Shown in pieces: positions 60,233 through 64,000 of a stretch of DNA of 64,000 bases. Source of the stretch: Candidatus Falkowbacteria bacterium (GTDB lineage: Bacteria; Patescibacteriota; Patescibacteriia; Patescibacteriales; UBA12075); the NCBI GenBank assembly GCA_003514005.1, contig DOSJ01000004.1, forward strand, positions 101,533 through 165,532. Reading direction: 5' to 3'. The translations under genes were made by a program, and so were the position numbers. Below the pieces are notes generated by a model, which searched no databases, was not told where the DNA came from, and saw only the letters and a program-made list of their open reading frames with translations. The stretch's first letter is position 1. Each line of letters opens with the position of its first letter.

Positions 60233-62905
60233 ATGACAAAAGAAATGCCAAAGGCTTATGAGCCGGGCTTGTATGAGGATGATATTTATAAACAGTGGGA
60301 AGAATCCGGAGTTTTTCAGCCGGAAAATTTGGAAAATACTAGTGGGACGTATTGCAATGTTTTGCCGCCGCCGAATGCGAATGGTGAATTGCATTTGGGG
60401 CATGTTTCCGGATATGTGGCTATGGATTTGATGGGGCGCTATCAACGGATGCTTGGTAAAAAAACCTTGCTTTTGCCGGGCAAAGACCATGCCGGAATCC
60501 AGACCCAGGTCGTTTATGAAAAGAAAATAAAAAAAGAAAGAAATATTTCACGTCACAACCTGGGGCGCGAAAAGTTTTATAATGAAATTTATGATTTTTG
60601 CATTGATCGCTCGGCCTATATGCGAACGCAGGAAAAAAAGATTGGCTTGTCCGCGGATTGGAGTCGAGAGAAATTTACCATGGATCCCAAAATCGTTAAT
60701 AATGTCCTCGACACTTTTGTAAAAATGTATAACGAGGTTGATGAAGACGGGAACAGGATGATCTATCGCGGTGAACGGATTATCAATTGGTGTCCAAGAT
60801 GCGCGAGTGCTTTGGCAGATGTTGAGGTTGAACATGAAGAACAAAAAGCAAAATTATTCTATTTTAAATATGATAAAAATTTTCCAATAACAATAGCAAC
60901 TACTCGTCCGGAAACAAAACTGGGCGATACTGCGATTGCGGTTAATCCAAAAGATGAAAGATACAAGGAATATATTGGCAAGACATTTCAAGCGAATTTT
61001 TGCGGGATTGATTTGAATATCAAGATTATCACAGACCATAATATTGATTTGTCTTTTGGCGCTGGTGCACTTGGTGTTACTCCCGGGCATTCTGCAATTG
61101 ATTGGCAGATGGCACAGGTGAATGACCTAGAAATAATCAAAGTAATTGGCGAAGATGCAAATATCAGGCCTGGTTTTGGCGAATATTCTGGCAAGAGCGT
61201 TCTCGAGGCGCGTGAAATGATCGTTGCAAAACTAAAAGAACAAGGTTTGATTGAAAAAGAAGAAGAGTTTGATAATAATCTTTCAGTCTGTGAACGTTGT
61301 AAAACCGCTATTGAACCATTGGTTTCAGAGCAATGGTTTGTGAATGTTGACCACAAGAATTTTTCCTTGAAAAAAGAAGCGCGGAAAGTTATTGAAAACG
61401 GAGAAATAAAAATTTATCCAGAAAGATATAAAGACATTATGCTTTCTTGGATTGACAATGTTCATGACTGGTGCATTTCGCGCCAGATTTGGTGGGGACC
61501 AAGGATACCGGCGTGGTATCGGGAAATTTTCGATTTACGATTGCCGAATGCCGATTTGGATGATAATAAATCGAAAATCGAAAATCGGAAATCGGAAATT
61601 TATGTCGGTATCGAAAAACCAGACGGCGAAGGATGGATGCAGGATTCTGATACATTTGATACTTGGTTTTCATCCGGGCAGTGGGCTTATAATACGCTTG
61701 GGTTTCCGGAGGGAAATGATTATAAAGAGTTTTATCCGAGCGACACCATGATAATGGGACGGGATATTTTGCCGTTTTGGGCGTTTCGGATGATTATTTT
61801 GAGCATATATCGTACAAAGCAGATTCCGTTTAAAAATTTGTATTTTACCGGGTTGATTCGCGATGGACAAGGAAAGAAGATGTCAAAGTCAAAAGGGAAT
61901 GGCATTGAACCGCTTGAGATGATCGAAAAATTTGGAACCGATGCTGTGCGATTATCTATGATGATCGGGGCGACACCGGGGAATGATATGAATCTGAGCG
62001 AGGAAAAGATCGCGGGGTTTCGGAATTTGGTGAATAAGCTTTGGAATGTGGCGAGATTTGCGATTTCCGATTTGCGATTTCCGATTGTTGAATTAAATCA
62101 AGATATGCTTACTGTTTCTGATAGATATATTTTAGAAAAAATGAAATTTTTAATTAGAGAGGTAAGTGGTGATTTAGAAGAATATCGATTTTCTCAGGCA
62201 GGTGAGAAACTTCGCGAATTTACATGGAATGATTTGGCGGATTGGTATATTGAGGCTAGTAAGTTTGCTGTAAGCGATGGGAAAGACTTTGTTTTGATAA
62301 AGATTTTAACTGATTTATTAAAACTATGGCATCCGTTTATTCCTTTTGTTACCGAAGCGATTTGGCAAGAACTTGATTCTGATAAAAAATTAATTGTGTC
62401 GCGTTGGCCGCTTGCTTTGGATTATGAAGTTTATAAAACAAAGCAAGAAGATATTGATAATTTTGAGATAATAAAAAATATTATAATTGCGATTCGCAAT
62501 GCGCGTTCGGAAAATAAGGTGGAGCCGGCAAGGAAGGTTAAAGCGCTTATTGTTGCTGGTGAATATTTTGATTTGATAAATGATAATGAAGCTTTGCTAA
62601 AGGGGATGAGGACAGGGGTAGAGAAGTTAGAAGTTGTAAGTAAGAAGTTAGAAGAAAAAGATGAAAATGAAACTATTAAAATAGTTGTGGGAGAAATAAT
62701 AATATATTTATTTGGAGCGATAGACAAAGAAAAAGAAGCGGAGCGGATTAAAAAAGAAAAGGCGAATTTGGAAAAACAGATTGAAGTTTTGCGTGTAAAG
62801 CTTGGTAATAAAGATTTTGTGGAACGAGCGCCAGAGGCTATTGTAAAAACTGAACAAGAAAGACTTTTAAAAATGGAGAGTGAGTTGGTGAAATTGGGAG
62901 AATAA
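60233..62905 (+). CDS. valS: valine--tRNA ligase
   Basis: PPPNANGELHLGH (HIGH), KMSKSKGN (KMSKS), CISRQIWWGPRIPAWY, and a C-terminal coiled-coil. Confidence 0.97.
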   Translation: MTKEMPKAYEPGLYEDDIYKQWEESGVFQPENLENTSGTYCNVLPPPNANGELHLGHVSGYVAMDLMGRYQRMLGKKTLLLPGKDHAGIQTQVVYEKKIKKERNISRHNLGREKFYNEIYDFCIDRSAYMRTQEKKIGLSADWSREKFTMDPKIVNNVLDTFVKMYNEVDEDGNRMIYRGERIINWCPRCASALADVEVEHEEQKAKLFYFKYDKNFPITIATTRPETKLGDTAIAVNPKDERYKEYIGKTFQANFCGIDLNIKIITDHNIDLSFGAGALGVTPGHSAIDWQMAQVNDLEIIKVIGEDANIRPGFGEYSGKSVLEAREMIVAKLKEQGLIEKEEEFDNNLSVCERCKTAIEPLVSEQWFVNVDHKNFSLKKEARKVIENGEIKIYPERYKDIMLSWIDNVHDWCISRQIWWGPRIPAWYREIFDLRLPNADLDDNKSKIENRKSEIYVGIEKPDGEGWMQDSDTFDTWFSSGQWAYNTLGFPEGNDYKEFYPSDTMIMGRDILPFWAFRMIILSIYRTKQIPFKNLYFTGLIRDGQGKKMSKSKGNGIEPLEMIEKFGTDAVRLSMMIGATPGNDMNLSEEKIAGFRNLVNKLWNVARFAISDLRFPIVELNQDMLTVSDRYILEKMKFLIREVSGDLEEYRFSQAGEKLREFTWNDLADWYIEASKFAVSDGKDFVLIKILTDLLKLWHPFIPFVTEAIWQELDSDKKLIVSRWPLALDYEVYKTKQEDIDNFEIIKNIIIAIRNARSENKVEPARKVKALIVAGEYFDLINDNEALLKGMRTGVEKLEVVSKKLEEKDENETIKIVVGEIIIYLFGAIDKEKEAERIKKEKANLEKQIEVLRVKLGNKDFVERAPEAIVKTEQERLLKMESELVKLGE

Positions 62906-62971
62906 TTTTGAAATAAAAATAATAAAACCGGCGTTTCTCAGGCGTCGGTTTTTTTTGTTGAGATTTAAAGT

Positions 62972-63382
62972 TTATATGGCTGCTCGGATTTGAGCGGCTT
63001 CGAACTGGCTGGAACGACGGATGTTTGGAAAATTGATAATGCGTTTTTCCCTGCGCCATGCGTTTGTTCTTAAAATACTGTTTTTTTTCATAACAGCTTT
63101 TATAGTTGCTTCTTTGCGTAAGTAACCTGTACAGAGCAGTGCAGTTACCAAAATCTTTTCCCTTGTCGGGGTTTTTTCAAAATTCACTTCATCTGCCACT
63201 GCTTCAGTGCAGAATGGGCAGGGATATGACACGGGAACAGGACGACGACGAGGTGATTTTCTTACAATATCATCTGAAACATTGGAAGATATTGGTCTGC
63301 AAGCGCCAATATTAGGGAGGTAAAAAAACATTTCTACGCCGTTCACTTTAACAATTCTGTAGTCTTTTGAGTTTTTTCTCAC
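62972..63382 (-). CDS. hypothetical protein (136 aa, GTG start)
   Basis: AAGGAGAA SD 5-6 nt upstream of the GTG. Contains CPFC. No family recognised. Confidence 0.45.
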   Translation of the reverse strand: MRKNSKDYRIVKVNGVEMFFYLPNIGACRPISSNVSDDIVRKSPRRRPVPVSYPCPFCTEAVADEVNFEKTPTREKILVTALLCTGYLRKEATIKAVMKKNSILRTNAWRREKRIINFPNIRRSSQFEAAQIRAAI

Positions 63383-63515
63383 GCTATTCTCCTTGTTTTT
63401 TGTTTTAAAGGTTCTAACTTAATTTTCTATCATAGCACAATTATTAAAACTTGTCAAGATGTTGTTATTTGGCTTGTAAATTGTTATAATATATGAGTAT
63501 CAAAGCAATAAAAAC

Positions 63516-64000
63516 ATGTTTAAGAAAATCTTATTTTTTATAAAATATAATAATGCTGTTGTTTTAATATTGGCGATTATTTTTGTTGCCGGTACCGGTG
63601 TTTTTGCGGCCAGTGAACCGGGGCAGGAAATTATCGGGCAAAAAGAAACAGAGATTAGTGGTACTGATAATACCTTACTTTTGAGCGCTGATTTGGATGC
63701 TTTGGATATGGACTATAAGATTGAGAAAATTGAGGAGGACGCGGATTATTTTTTTGTTACTTATACATGTTTGGAATTGATAAAAAAAGATAATGCTTGG
63801 CAATATCAGCTGAATGAAAAGAATCGGAAAATATCCAAAAAAATCAAAAAAGATTTAGGCGTTTATCTGGCGGAAGAGCTTAAAGAAGAATACGAGGCAA
63901 AAATCAAGGATTTAAAAATAGCCAAAACAAAAGCACAGACCGAAGGTGAAAGCGTGCGTCAAGAAGTGTCGGCGTATTCCGGTTTGATTGGCAAAACATT
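63516..64000 (+). CDS. hypothetical secreted/membrane-anchored coiled-coil protein, 3' partial (runs off window)
   Basis: Own translation from ATG 63516: MFKKILFFIKYNNAVVLILAIIFVAGTGVFAASEPGQ... open to the window end. Absent from the track. TATAAT at 63485-63490. Confidence 0.55.
   Translation, partial: MFKKILFFIKYNNAVVLILAIIFVAGTGVFAASEPGQEIIGQKETEISGTDNTLLLSADLDALDMDYKIEKIEEDADYFFVTYTCLELIKKDNAWQYQLNEKNRKISKKIKKDLGVYLAEELKEEYEAKIKDLKIAKTKAQTEGESVRQEVSAYSGLIGKT

Noticed and set aside
62051-62087. Second valS repeat (gatttgcgatttcc twice) as an insertion
   Set aside because: It is a direct tandem of a 14-nt unit and not a palindrome. The encoded ARFAISDLRFPIVE falls in a region where ValRS length is normal, so there is no evidence for an inserted segment. 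It is noted only as shared word usage.

Overview
This 64-kb window comes from a low-GC, gene-dense bacterial genome. Its content suggests a Candidate Phyla Radiation/Patescibacteria-type organism (inference only): ribosomal and RNA-binding proteins with charged tails, TrmB-type regulators, GH57/GlgA glycogen genes, a lone PilB-type ATPase and many tiny membrane ORFs.

- **1-19.3 kb (accessory):** A 13-gene co-directional minus-strand array is built around a complete type I R-M system (hsdM, hsdS, hsdR). It also carries an ABC-ATPase/Toprim(DUF4435-like) gene in the PrrC position between hsdS and hsdR, an overlapping ParB-like/Dam pair, an AAA+(DUF4143-type) ATPase, a Zn-ribbon ORF, small membrane ORFs and a TspO fusion that the ORF track missed. 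A small plus-strand phage/integrative module follows. It ends in a large serine recombinase whose 3' end runs antisense into an intact tRNA-His. Next come an HNH endonuclease gene, a truncated and divergent second tRNA-His, a SAM methyltransferase and tRNA-Arg.
- **19.5-26.3 kb (second accessory patch):** a 770-aa acidic protein with a GNAT-like end, a TrmB regulator, small proteins, and an HTH-GHKL-STAS(DUF4325-like) protein behind phased direct repeats.
- **Remainder (housekeeping):** rpsO, a NYN gene, pnp, pgi/pmi, yebC, ruvC, a glycogen cluster with two glgA, trmD-khpA-rpsP, rpsA, ftsH, pilB-like, uvrA and valS.

Three things are not explained by ordinary annotation:
1. The decorated type I R-M operon.
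2. Two loci of about 0.9 kb, each running from a promoter to a terminator with no credible long ORF (22.86-23.81 kb and 53.05-53.94 kb). Each pairs SD-preceded micro-ORFs with a GC-rich structured 3' half. The second locus includes twin 9-codon ORFs that differ mainly at synonymous positions.
3. Pervasive families of long hairpins built from short sequence words. They fill intergenic regions, clamp terminators, and also sit in-frame inside trmD, valS, yebC and uvrA.

No rRNA genes or CRISPR arrays were seen. All family assignments come from motifs read by eye and are not database-verified.
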